Assembly: GCA_045654085.1 (NCBI GenBank)
Contig: JAZOMT010000032.1
Location: forward strand, 70,182-102,181
Source of the DNA: Faecousia sp.
Lineage (GTDB): Bacteria; Bacillota; Clostridia; Oscillospirales; Oscillospiraceae
Length of the DNA: 32,000 nucleotides
Direction: 5' to 3'
This document shows positions 15,480-24,045 of this stretch, piece after piece; within the stretch, counting starts at the first letter, position 1; each line of letters begins with the position of its first letter. Below the pieces are notes generated by a model. The model ran no database searches. It was not told the DNA's origin and saw only the letters and a program-made list of their open reading frames with translations. A program made the position numbers and the translations under genes.

Positions 15480-15895
15480 AGAAATTTCTCAAGGAATTCT
15501 TGCTCCGGGGTCTTGTCTGTGCCAGCGGTGGACCCATTGTTTTGGCCATCATCTATGGCATTTTGGGCGCAACCGGCGCTGTGGAATCTTTCTCACCCAG
15601 CGAGGTATGTATCGGCATCGTGACCATGACCCTCCTTGCCTTTATTGCCGCCGGTATGACTGCCATTTATCAAATGGAGCAGTTACCGCTGCCACTGGCG
15701 ATTTTGCTTCACGGTGGTGCGCTGTATATCGCCTATATCCTCACCTATCTCCTAAACGGCTGGCTGCAAACTTCTCTTGTGCCTATTTTAGTATTCACCG
15801 GAATTTTCCTTGCGGGCTATGCTTTCATTTGGCTTATCATTTACCGTATCCAAAAAGCCAAAACGGAGAAGCTTAACAAGCTGCTAAAAGGCTAA
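15476..15895 (+). CDS. DUF3021-like four-TM membrane protein, ATGA-coupled to the LytTR gene
   Basis: The start overlaps the upstream stop (ATGA at 15476-15479). It has four hydrophobic helices. Confidence 0.7.
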   Translation: MKKFLKEFLLRGLVCASGGPIVLAIIYGILGATGAVESFSPSEVCIGIVTMTLLAFIAAGMTAIYQMEQLPLPLAILLHGGALYIAYILTYLLNGWLQTSLVPILVFTGIFLAGYAFIWLIIYRIQKAKTEKLNKLLKG

Positions 15896-15938
15896 AAAAG
15901 TGCGTTGCAAAGCTGCAACGCACTTACACTTTTCCTTT
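15893..15938. terminator. Bidirectional terminator
   Basis: AAGTGCGTTGCA-aagc-TGCAACGCACTT, flanked by an A-run and a T-rich run. Confidence 0.75.
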
Positions 15939-16602
15939 ACCAAATAAAGGGTATGATCCTATACTTCACTTTCTGCTTATATTCCGCATATCCGGGCAGC
16001 TCTTTTGTCAGCAGTTCTTCCTCGTCCTTCAGCCTCACGATAATAATTGCGGGATAGAACGCAAAGGCAATGAGGGCATAATACGAGCCAAGCACCAGCG
16101 GGATCATCAAAAACAGCAAAATCGTCACCGCATACATAGGATGGCGGACAATGCCATAAAGTCCCGTGTCTACCACTTTTTGTCCTTCCTCCACCTTGAT
16201 AGTGCGGCTAAGATAGGCATTTTCCCGCATTACCTCCGCATACAGGGCATAAGCAATTAAAAACAGCACCGATGCGGCAATTACCACAGGCGTAGGCATC
16301 TGCGACCAGCCAAAACGGAAATCCAGACCCGCCACCACAAAGCCGACAATAAACATAAGACCTGATGCTGCGATAACGCCTTTTTGCGCGCCCTGCTTTT
16401 CCTTAACATCCAGCCGCTTTTTTAGAAATTCCGGGGATTTTGCCAGCATCACAAAGCCGGCAATCAGCATCGGCGCAAAAAGCAGTCCAACAAATAACCA
16501 ACCGTATGTGTAAGCGATAGTGCCCGCCGGCAGAAAAATCAGCAGACCTACCATCACAAGACCGCAAGCGAACTTTGTCAGGGCTTCTATCAATAATTTC
16601 AT
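15937..16602 (-). CDS. Isoprenylcysteine carboxyl methyltransferase (ICMT/PEMT)-family membrane methyltransferase
   Basis: VDTGLYGIVRHPMYAVTILLF motif in a polytopic protein. GGAGG is 7 nt upstream. Confidence 0.75.
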   Translation of the reverse strand: MKLLIEALTKFACGLVMVGLLIFLPAGTIAYTYGWLFVGLLFAPMLIAGFVMLAKSPEFLKKRLDVKEKQGAQKGVIAASGLMFIVGFVVAGLDFRFGWSQMPTPVVIAASVLFLIAYALYAEVMRENAYLSRTIKVEEGQKVVDTGLYGIVRHPMYAVTILLFLMIPLVLGSYYALIAFAFYPAIIIVRLKDEEELLTKELPGYAEYKQKVKYRIIPFIW

Positions 16603-16614
16603 AATCTAACCTCC

Positions 16615-16682
16615 GTAGGGGTCGATGCCCACATCGACCCGTTTGGGTATTCTTTCGGGCGGATGTAGGCATCCGCCCCTAC
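16615..16682. repeat. REP-like element (GTAGGGG...CCCCTAC) with two internal hairpins
   Basis: GGGTCGATG-ccca-CATCGACCC and GGGCGGATG-tagg-CATCCGCCC, bracketed by GTAGGGG and CCCCTAC. Confidence 0.75.
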
Positions 16683-16724
16683 TTTCTTCATAAACTGTAT
16701 TCTCCGTGAAATCGAAACCATTGC

Positions 16725-17267
16725 TTATTTTTTCTCAGCGGTCAGCAGGCGAAATAAATGCAAAAACTCCTGCTCGCACTGCGTAAAGCCCCTAAAGGAA
16801 AACTCCGGCTGGGAGCAGATTTTCGGCATTTTCTCCACAATGCTCTCCCCCATCAGATTCACAAATTCGTGAGCAAGGATTGCATCGTCAATTGCAAATA
16901 CCTTCTCTTTCTCCGTCCCGGTCAGAGGCTCGCCGAGCCATAAATTCCAAAGCATTTCCTGCAGTGGTTCTTCAATTTCCTTATATTTCGGCAGTTCCGC
17001 TTTTACCGGACGGGTAACGTCCGAGAGATAGGCTTCGCTGGCATCGTGGAGCAGACAGGCAAGCTGCAAACGCCCAGAATACCCTCTCGCTGCTGCCTCT
17101 TTGGCGCAGTTAATGCAGTGCTGTCCCACAGAATAGAAGCTTCTAAAATGTCCGTTTGCCCGGCAGAGCATAGAAAGGGCGTGGGCAATATCTGTAATGT
17201 CCACCAATTCTGCCTTTGGCCGCAGGGGGTCGAACATTTTCTTTGTATAGGTCATAATTTCGCTCAT
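16725..17267 (-). CDS. HD-domain phosphohydrolase (180 aa)
   Basis: H...LLHDASEAYLSDVTRPVK. It lies 14 nt downstream of the nitroreductase gene. Confidence 0.75.
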   Translation of the reverse strand: MSEIMTYTKKMFDPLRPKAELVDITDIAHALSMLCRANGHFRSFYSVGQHCINCAKEAAARGYSGRLQLACLLHDASEAYLSDVTRPVKAELPKYKEIEEPLQEMLWNLWLGEPLTGTEKEKVFAIDDAILAHEFVNLMGESIVEKMPKICSQPEFSFRGFTQCEQEFLHLFRLLTAEKK

Positions 17268-17281
17268 ATCTTACCACTCCA

Positions 17282-17971
17282 TTACAAGCTCACACTGCCC
17301 ACATAGTCGTAGCCCGGCAGTTCCGGGGCAATCTTTTCTTTTGAAAACCGGAAACTGTCCCGATTTTCCACATACAAATGGGCCATCGCAATGCCTATAT
17401 CCAGACGCGTTCCAATCTGGTTGCAGTAAACCCGGATGGCGCTGCCCTCGTGGGTAAAGTACCATGGCTGACTGTTCACCGCTGAAGGGGCAAGCCGGGC
17501 AGCTTCCAGTTTCGGGTCAATCTGGTCAGTAATCTGCTCCATCTTCTTCCGTTTAAAATCTTTCAGCTTATGCCGCAACACCTCCCCTTTCGGGTGTCCG
17601 AATGCCAGCATAATGACAAATTTCATTCCGTCCACCTGCGCGGTGGTCTTTGGATTCATTCTGCCCATTCCCAACCAGCAAACGCCGAGGCCCAGAGTGT
17701 GCATATAAAGCTCCAGCTGCTGGAACAGAAAGCCCACATTTTCTAAGTAGCCGTCCTTCTCCTCGGAATAAACAGCGATGATTTGCTGTGTCGTCCAAGG
17801 GCAAATGCACTTGACCTGACTACGGGAAACAATTTCCCAATGTACCTTAATATCCGGGTAAAGAGGCTTCATCGGAAAGGCCTTTATCTTCTCAATAATC
17901 GTTTCCTCCACCGGCGTATTCATAAAACTCCGGCAGGATTTACGCTTATAGATCATTTCCTTTAATGTCAT
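17282..17971 (-). CDS. Nitroreductase-family protein (229 aa)
   Basis: MTLKEMIYKRKSCRSF..., LAPSAVNSQPW. I chose the start at 17971 (GGGAG upstream) instead of the track start at 18157. Confidence 0.8.
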   Translation of the reverse strand: MTLKEMIYKRKSCRSFMNTPVEETIIEKIKAFPMKPLYPDIKVHWEIVSRSQVKCICPWTTQQIIAVYSEEKDGYLENVGFLFQQLELYMHTLGLGVCWLGMGRMNPKTTAQVDGMKFVIMLAFGHPKGEVLRHKLKDFKRKKMEQITDQIDPKLEAARLAPSAVNSQPWYFTHEGSAIRVYCNQIGTRLDIGIAMAHLYVENRDSFRFSKEKIAPELPGYDYVGSVSL

Positions 17972-18002
17972 ATGACTCCCGTCTTTCCTATTTGATATAC
18001 CC

Positions 18003-18048
18003 AGTATACTCCACCTCTTCTGACCTGTCAACGGTTCTCTTTGACAGG
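18003..18048 (-). promoter_or_regulatory. Promoter of the nitroreductase-HD operon with an overlapping palindrome
   Basis: On the minus strand: TTGACA (18026-18031), 17 nt, TATACT (18003-18008). CCTGTCAA (18024-18031) and TTGACAGG (18041-18048) form 8-bp arms over the -35 box. Confidence 0.55.
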
Positions 18049-18218
18049 CAAACACCATCGTTGAAAACAAATCTCCCGGCACTTTTAAATTGACAACGGA
18101 CAATAGTAGTGTCTGCTCCGCAGACGAATTTTGATATACACCCCCGAATAGCGGCATTATCCTGAGAGAGGCGAATGCTCCGTTTTCTATGTAGAAGTGA
18201 GCACCGCCGGTCCACCAT

Positions 18219-18322
18219 TGTAGGGACCGGCCTCCCGGACGGTCCTTGTGCGAATACGGGGTGCGGCAATTTAGGACAGTCGAGGATGCCTGTCCCTACA
18301 AACGAACCCATCGTCCCCTACG
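18219..18322. repeat. REP-like element (TGTAGGGA...TCCCTACA) plus an adjacent half copy
   Basis: GGGACCG...CGGTCC and GGACAG...CCTGTCC hairpins sit between inverted termini at 18219-18300. A partial GGGGACGATGGG-type arm lies at 18301-18322. Confidence 0.7.
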
Positions 18323-18425
18323 ATTTCTTTCGATGGTGCATTCGCAGAAACACCTGAGACGGAAACACCCCTGGCGGTTTATTGCATATTTTCCGTATTT
18401 TCTTGCATTTTTTCTGTATTCCGCA

Positions 18426-18454
18426 TTGACTTGAAAAGGCAAAAGTGGTAGAAT
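18426..18454 (+). promoter_or_regulatory. Promoter of the T-box operon
   Basis: TTGACT (18426-18431), a 17-nt spacer, then TGgTAGAAT (extended -10, hexamer at 18449-18454). Confidence 0.65.
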
Positions 18455-18476
18455 GTGATAAAATATATACACAAAA

Positions 18477-18724
18477 CGCGAGGATGAAAATCAGTATACA
18501 CCCATCCGTTTCTCCAGAGAGCTGCCGGTCGGTGCAAGGCAGTGAAGCTGCGGTGTAGAATTCCTTTCGGAGCGGCTTTGCTGAAATTACAGTAGGCGAA
18601 GACGGGAAAGCCCGATACAGCTTGCGGATCGATTCGATCCCACGAGGCCGCGTATGCGGTAAACTGAGGTGGTACCACAGGAATTTCTTGTCCTCTGCTT
18701 TTGGCAGAGGGCTTTCTATTTATT
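18477..18724 (+). promoter_or_regulatory. T-box leader (tRNA-sensing riboswitch) with terminator/antiterminator. The putative specifier is UUC (Phe).
   Basis: Stem I has a GA/K-turn (CGCGAGGATGA opposite GGAGCG) and AGTA. Helix TACACC (18497-18502) pairs with GGTGTA (18552-18557). The AG bulge is TCCAGAGAG, and the distal loop GGTCGGTGCAA is closed by CTGCC/GGCAG. The specifier-loop 3-prime side is GAA-TTC-C (18558-18564). The T-box sequence is AAACTGAGGTGGTACCACAGG, with the bulge UGGUACC at 18670-18676. The terminator GTCCTCTGC-ttttg-GCAGAGGGC is followed by TTTCTATTT. Confidence 0.8.
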
Positions 18725-18743
18725 CAAACAAAAGGTGATCGCT

Positions 18744-20381
18744 ATGGTAATTACAGACTTTTTGGAACGAAATGCAAGACTTTACGGGCAAGACATTAGT
18801 CTCGTGGAGATCAACCCCTCCGAAGAACGGGACAAAGCCGCCACTTGGTGGGACTTTAACCTGATTGAAAGCGCCAGTCAGGATGCCCCCTACCGTCGGG
18901 AAATGTCCTGGAAAGACTTTGACCGCCGGGCAAACCGCTTTGCAAACCTGCTGCTCAGCCGCGGCTTAAAGCGGGGCACAAAGGTGGCGATTTTGCTTAT
19001 GAACTGTATCGAATGGCTGCCTATTTACTTCGGTATTTTGAAGGCCGGCTGTGTCGCCGTGCCTATGAACTTCCGTTACAGCAGCGACGAAATTCAGTAC
19101 TGCCTGGATTTGGCAGATGTAGAGGTTTTGGTATTTGGACCTGAGTTTATTAGCCGAATGGATGCGGTTGCAGATAGTATCCCCGGTGTAAAAACCCTGT
19201 TCTTCGTAGGTAAAAACGGCCCTCAGTATTCTGAGGACTGTATGTCGCTTCTGCAGTTCTGCTCCTCCAGCGCGCCTCCTGTTGCCCTGTGCGAGACAGA
19301 CGATGCGGCCATCTACTTCTCCTCCGGCACTACCGGCTTTCCGAAGGCCATTTTACATAATCATTTGTCTCTCGTGCACTCCTGCCTGACTGAACAAAAC
19401 CACCACGGACAGAGCCGGGAGGATGTATTCCTCTGCATCCCGCCCCTATACCACACCGGCGCAAAAATGCACTGGTTCGGCTCTCTGCTCTCCGGTTCCA
19501 AGGCCGTGCTGCTGCGGGGTGTAAAACCGGAGTGGATTCTCGGGGCAGTCACCGAGGAGCGCTGCACCATTGTTTGGCTCTTGGTGCCGTGGGCGCAGGA
19601 TCTGCTGGACGCCATTGACGACCACCGTGTTGACCTCTCCAAATTCCGTCTCGATCAGTGGCGGCTGATGCACATCGGCGCCCAGCCCGTACCCCCCAGC
19701 TTAATTCACCGCTGGATGAAGATTTTCCCCCACCACCAGTACGACACCAACTACGGTCTGTCCGAATCCATCGGTCCCGGCTGTGTCCACTTAGGTGTGG
19801 ACAATGTCCATAAAGTTGGCGCCATCGGCAAGCCCGGCTTCGGTTGGGAAACAAAAATTGTGGACGAACACGGTGTTGCGGTAGAAAAGGGCGATGTAGG
19901 CGAGCTGATTGTTCGCGGCGACGGTGTAATGACCTGCTATTATAAAAATCCCGATGCCACCGCAGAGGTACTCCGGGACGGCTGGCTCTTTACCGGCGAT
20001 ATGGCGCGAGAGGACGAGGACGGCTTTATTTACTTAGTAGACCGCAAGAAGGATGTTGTCATCTCCGGCGGTGAGAACCTGTACCCCGTACAAATCGAAG
20101 ATTTCCTGCGCTCCTTCCATAAAATCAAGGACGTGGCGGTTATCGGTCTGCCCGATGCCCGCCTTGGCGAAATTGCTGCAGCCATCATCGAATTGAAAGA
20201 GGGCGAAAGCTGCACCGAAGCAGAAATCGACGAATTCTGCACAGCCCTTCCCCGCTATAAGCGCCCCCGGAAGATCTTCTTTGATAAAGTTCCCCGCAAC
20301 CCCACCGGCAAGATTGAAAAGCCGGTACTGCGTGAAAAGTACTGCCATGGCCGCTTAGTGGAAGTGCAGATCACAGGCTAA
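18744..20381 (+). CDS. AMP-forming acyl-CoA synthetase (ANL superfamily), substrate unknown
   Basis: YFSSGTTGFPKAILHNH (AMP-binding motif), YGLSES, TGDMAREDEDGFIYLVDRKKDVVISGGENLYP and the terminal PRNPTGKIEK. The start MVITDFLERN has AAAGGTGA upstream. Confidence 0.85.
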   Translation: MVITDFLERNARLYGQDISLVEINPSEERDKAATWWDFNLIESASQDAPYRREMSWKDFDRRANRFANLLLSRGLKRGTKVAILLMNCIEWLPIYFGILKAGCVAVPMNFRYSSDEIQYCLDLADVEVLVFGPEFISRMDAVADSIPGVKTLFFVGKNGPQYSEDCMSLLQFCSSSAPPVALCETDDAAIYFSSGTTGFPKAILHNHLSLVHSCLTEQNHHGQSREDVFLCIPPLYHTGAKMHWFGSLLSGSKAVLLRGVKPEWILGAVTEERCTIVWLLVPWAQDLLDAIDDHRVDLSKFRLDQWRLMHIGAQPVPPSLIHRWMKIFPHHQYDTNYGLSESIGPGCVHLGVDNVHKVGAIGKPGFGWETKIVDEHGVAVEKGDVGELIVRGDGVMTCYYKNPDATAEVLRDGWLFTGDMAREDEDGFIYLVDRKKDVVISGGENLYPVQIEDFLRSFHKIKDVAVIGLPDARLGEIAAAIIELKEGESCTEAEIDEFCTALPRYKRPRKIFFDKVPRNPTGKIEKPVLREKYCHGRLVEVQITG

Positions 20382-20405
20382 ACCCCGTATTTTGGAGGAA
20401 TTGAA

Positions 20406-22145
20406 ATGAAAGAGTTAATTTTGGGCAACGAAGCCGTTGCCCGTGGCTTATACGAAGCCGGATGTAGCTTTGTGTCCAGCTATCCCGGCACCCCCAGCAC
20501 AGAAATTACCGAAGCGGTCGCCAAGTATCCTGAGGTCTATGCCGAGTGGGCGCCCAACGAAAAGGTAGCTATGGAAGCCGCCTTTGGCGCATCTTTAGCC
20601 GGTCGTCGGTCTTTTTGCGGTATGAAGCACGTAGGTCTTAACATGGCCGCTGACCCCCTGTTCACCATCTCCTATACCGGTGTCAACGGCGGTATGGTCA
20701 TCGGTGTGGCAGACGATGCGGGCATGCACTCCTCTCAGAACGAACAGGACTCCCGTCATTACGCCCGCGCCGCCAAGATTCCTATGCTGGAGCCTTCTGA
20801 TTCTGCTGAAGCTTTGGCATTTGCCAAGCTGGCCTACGAGCTTTCCGAACAATTCGACACCCCCGTACTTCTTAAAATGTGTACCCGCGTTTCCCACTCT
20901 CAAAGTGTAGTGGAAACCGGTGAACGGGTGGAGTGCGTCAAGGAATATAAGAAGGACATTCCTAAGTATGTTATGATGCCCGGCAACGCAAAGAAGCGCC
21001 ATCCCGTGGTAGAAGCACGGACAAAAGCGCTGATTGCCTATGCTGAGGATGCCGACATCAACCGTGTGGAAGATGGCAATGACCATTCTATCGGCATCAT
21101 CACCTCCTCTACCTCCTACCAGTATGTAAAAGAGGTCTGCGGTGATACTTATCCCGTGCTGAAACTGGGTATGATCTGGCCGCTCCCCGAGGAAAAGATT
21201 CGCAAGTTTGCCGCATCTGTAGACCGTTTGGTGGTCGTGGAAGAGCTGGACGGCTTTATCGAGAGCCATTGCCGGGATTTGGGTCTTTCCTGCACCGGCA
21301 AAGCAGATTTCCCCAACATTGACGAGCTGATGCCCCTGACCGTTGCCGCCAAGCTCTCCGAGACTTGGGAAACCGGTGCAAAGCTCAGTGAAGCCATCCC
21401 CCCCAGACCCCCTGTTATGTGCGCCGGCTGTCCCCACAGAGGTCTGTTCTACACCCTGAAGAAGAATAAAATCACCGTCCTCGGTGGCATCGGCTGCTAT
21501 ACCCTTGGCGCAGTTGCGCCCCTTGCCGCAGTCGACAGCGTGATCTGTATGGGCGCATCCGTCTCCGGCCTCCACGGCTTCTCCAAGTCCCAGCAGGGCG
21601 CCATGGACGGAAATACCGTAGCCGTCATCGGTGACTCCACCTTTATGCACTCCGGCATTACCGGTCTTGTCAATATGGCATACAATGAGTCCAATGCCAC
21701 GGTTATCATCGTGGATAACTCCATCACCGGTATGACCGGTCACCAGCAGAACCCCACCACCGGCTTTAATCTCAAGGGCGACCCCTGCGCCAAGATTGAC
21801 TTGGAGACCCTTTGTAAGGCCGTTGGCATCCGTCGTGTCCGTGTCATTGACCCCTATAATCTTTCTGAGTGCGATGCGGTTATCAAGGAAGAGCTGGCCG
21901 CAAAGGAGCCTTCCGTCATCATCTCCCGCCGTCCCTGCGCGCTATTAAAGTACGTAAAGCACAACAAGCCCCTTTCCGTCGATACAGATAAGTGCGTCGG
22001 CTGCAAGGCCTGTATGAAAATCGGCTGTCCTGCCATCAGCATTGTGGACGGCAAGGCAAAGGTGGACGAAACACTGTGCGTCGGCTGCGGTGTCTGCGAG
22101 CAGCTTTGTAAGTTCGATGCGCTGAGAAGCATCAAGGAGGTCTAA
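20406..22145 (+). CDS. iorA: Indolepyruvate (arylpyruvate):ferredoxin oxidoreductase alpha subunit
   Basis: LILGNEAVARGLYEAGCSFVSSYPGTPSTEI N-terminus, a TPP-binding region GDSTFMHSG, and two C-terminal 4Fe-4S motifs (CVGCKACMKIGCP and CVGCGVCEQLC). Confidence 0.9.
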   Translation: MKELILGNEAVARGLYEAGCSFVSSYPGTPSTEITEAVAKYPEVYAEWAPNEKVAMEAAFGASLAGRRSFCGMKHVGLNMAADPLFTISYTGVNGGMVIGVADDAGMHSSQNEQDSRHYARAAKIPMLEPSDSAEALAFAKLAYELSEQFDTPVLLKMCTRVSHSQSVVETGERVECVKEYKKDIPKYVMMPGNAKKRHPVVEARTKALIAYAEDADINRVEDGNDHSIGIITSSTSYQYVKEVCGDTYPVLKLGMIWPLPEEKIRKFAASVDRLVVVEELDGFIESHCRDLGLSCTGKADFPNIDELMPLTVAAKLSETWETGAKLSEAIPPRPPVMCAGCPHRGLFYTLKKNKITVLGGIGCYTLGAVAPLAAVDSVICMGASVSGLHGFSKSQQGAMDGNTVAVIGDSTFMHSGITGLVNMAYNESNATVIIVDNSITGMTGHQQNPTTGFNLKGDPCAKIDLETLCKAVGIRRVRVIDPYNLSECDAVIKEELAAKEPSVIISRRPCALLKYVKHNKPLSVDTDKCVGCKACMKIGCPAISIVDGKAKVDETLCVGCGVCEQLCKFDALRSIKEV

Positions 22146-22147
22146 GT

Positions 22148-22720
22148 ATGAAAACACAAAATGTTATGATCGTCGGCGTTGGCGGTCAGGGCAGTCTGCT
22201 TGCCTCCAAGCTGCTGGGTCGATTGCTGCTGAGCAAAGGCTATGATATTAAGGTCTCCGAGGTCCACGGTATGAGCCAGCGTGGCGGCAGCGTGGTCACT
22301 TACGTCCGTTTCGGTGACAAGGTCTATTCCCCTGTCATTGACAAGGGGCAGGCTGATTTCATCGTCTCCTTTGAGCTTTTAGAGGCCGCCCGCTGGACGG
22401 AGTACTTAAAGCCCGGTGGAAAGATCATCACGAATACCCAAAAAATCAATCCGATGCCCGTCATCATCGGTGCTGCCGAATATCCCGAAAGCTTGGAAGA
22501 CAAGATGAAAGAAGCCGGTATCGACTTGGACGCGCTGGATGCCTTGACCCTCGCTGAGCAGGCAGGCTCTTCCAAGGCTGTCAACTTGGTCCTGATGGGT
22601 CGTCTTTCCAAGTATTTTGACTTCCCCGAAGAGGAGTGGATGCAGGCCATCGAAGCCAGCGTTCCTCCCAAGTTCTTAGAAATGAACAAAATCGCATTTA
22701 AGCTGGGCGCCAACGCATAA
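22148..22720 (+). CDS. iorB: Indolepyruvate:ferredoxin oxidoreductase beta subunit
   Basis: NVMIVGVGGQGSLLASKLLG...HGMSQRGGSVVTYVRFG, the gamma-domain type of 2-oxoacid oxidoreductases. It starts 2 nt after iorA. Confidence 0.9.
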   Translation: MKTQNVMIVGVGGQGSLLASKLLGRLLLSKGYDIKVSEVHGMSQRGGSVVTYVRFGDKVYSPVIDKGQADFIVSFELLEAARWTEYLKPGGKIITNTQKINPMPVIIGAAEYPESLEDKMKEAGIDLDALDALTLAEQAGSSKAVNLVLMGRLSKYFDFPEEEWMQAIEASVPPKFLEMNKIAFKLGANA

Positions 22721-22734
22721 AGGAGATGGTCACT

Positions 22735-24033
22735 ATGCCCAAGTATTTTCAGCCTGAAATCGAAACCATGCCTTATGACCAGCTTCGGGCGCTCCAAAAT
22801 GAACGCCTCCAAAAGCAGGTGCGCCACGTTTGGGACAATGTTCCCTATTACCGCAAAAAAATGGAGGAAAAAGGCGTTACACCCGAGGATATCCATGGTG
22901 TAGACGACCTTTATAAGCTGCCCTTCCTCTGCAAAGATGACCTGCGGGAGGCCTATCCCTACGGTCTCAAGGGTGCGCCCCTTTCCGACTGTGTCCGCAT
23001 CCACTCCACCTCCGGCACTACCGGTAAGCGGGTGGTTGCCTTCTACACCCAGCACGATATTGACCTGTGGGACGATTGCTGCGCCCGCGCATTGGTCGCC
23101 GCCGGCGCAACCAATGAGGATATTTGTCACATAGCCTACGGCTTCGGTCTTTTCACCGGCGGCGCCGGTCTCAACGGCGGCTCCCATAAGGTAGGCTGCC
23201 TGACGCTGCCTATGTCCTCCGGCAATACCGACCGGCAGCTGCAGTTTATGACAGACCTGGGTTCTACCATTCTCTGCTGCACGCCCTCCTATGCGGCCTA
23301 TCTTGCAGAATCCATCGAGGAGCAAGGTCTCCGTGGTCAGATTAAGCTGAAAGCCGGTATCTTCGGCGCAGAGGCTTGGAGCGAGGATATGCGCCACGAC
23401 ATCGAAAATAAGCTTGGTATTAAAGCATATGATATTTACGGTCTCACCGAGACCTCCGGCCCGGGTGTTGCCTTCGAGTGCAGCGAGCAGACCGGTATGC
23501 ATATCAATGAAGACCACTTTATCGCTGAGATCATCGACCCTGACACAGGCGAGGTGCTGCCCGAAGGCGCTAAGGGCGAGCTGGTATTTACCGCCATCAC
23601 GAAAGAAGCCTTCCCGCTGCTGCGCTACCGCACCCGTGATATTTGCGTACTGACCCGCAAGAAATGCTCCTGCGGCCGCACCCACGTAAAAATGAGCAAG
23701 CCTATGGGTCGCAGTGACGATATGCTGATCATCCGCGGTATCAACGTCTTCCCCTCTCAAATCGAGACAGTTCTTATCCAGCAGGGTTATCCCGCCAATT
23801 ACCAGATTATCGTAGACCGGGTCAACAACTCCGACACCTTTGAGGTTATGGTAGAAATGAATCCCGAGATGTTTTCCGATTCTCTGGCTAAAATTGCCAG
23901 CGCGGAAAAGAAGCTGGTGGAAGCCCTGAAGGCTATGCTGGGCATTGCCGCCAAGGTAAAGCTGGTAGCCCCCAAGTCCATCGCCCGCAGCGAGGGCAAA
24001 GCCGTCCGTGTCATCGACAAGCGTAAACTCTAA
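22735..24033 (+). CDS. paaK: Phenylacetate-CoA ligase family protein (PaaK-like)
   Basis: MPKYFQPEIETMPYDQLRALQNERLQKQVRHVWDNVPYYRKKMEEKGV, IHSTSGTTGKRVV and YGLTETSGPG. The start at 22735 has better spacing from GGAG than 22726. Confidence 0.88.
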   Translation: MPKYFQPEIETMPYDQLRALQNERLQKQVRHVWDNVPYYRKKMEEKGVTPEDIHGVDDLYKLPFLCKDDLREAYPYGLKGAPLSDCVRIHSTSGTTGKRVVAFYTQHDIDLWDDCCARALVAAGATNEDICHIAYGFGLFTGGAGLNGGSHKVGCLTLPMSSGNTDRQLQFMTDLGSTILCCTPSYAAYLAESIEEQGLRGQIKLKAGIFGAEAWSEDMRHDIENKLGIKAYDIYGLTETSGPGVAFECSEQTGMHINEDHFIAEIIDPDTGEVLPEGAKGELVFTAITKEAFPLLRYRTRDICVLTRKKCSCGRTHVKMSKPMGRSDDMLIIRGINVFPSQIETVLIQQGYPANYQIIVDRVNNSDTFEVMVEMNPEMFSDSLAKIASAEKKLVEALKAMLGIAAKVKLVAPKSIARSEGKAVRVIDKRKL

Positions 24034-24045
24034 GGAGGTAACACT

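Noticed and set aside
18583-18589. Alternative T-box specifier GAA-AUU-A (Ile)
   Set aside because: It has the ideal GAA-codon-A context. However, it lies 3-prime of the helix and K-turn strand that close Stem I, inside what folds as Stem II (GCTG...CAGC). The UUC reading fits the Stem I geometry and the operon content. It is kept as the main alternative to test.
17988-18678. Track ORFs 17988-18311 (-), 18175-18434 (+) and 18379-18678 (-)
   Set aside because: They translate the REP-like element, the T-box promoter and the leader. Their composition is typical of translated GC-rich palindromes, and they have no RBS.
20595-21743. A 382-aa minus-strand ORF
   Set aside because: Antisense to iorA, with a Gly/His/Asp-rich low-complexity product and no RBS.
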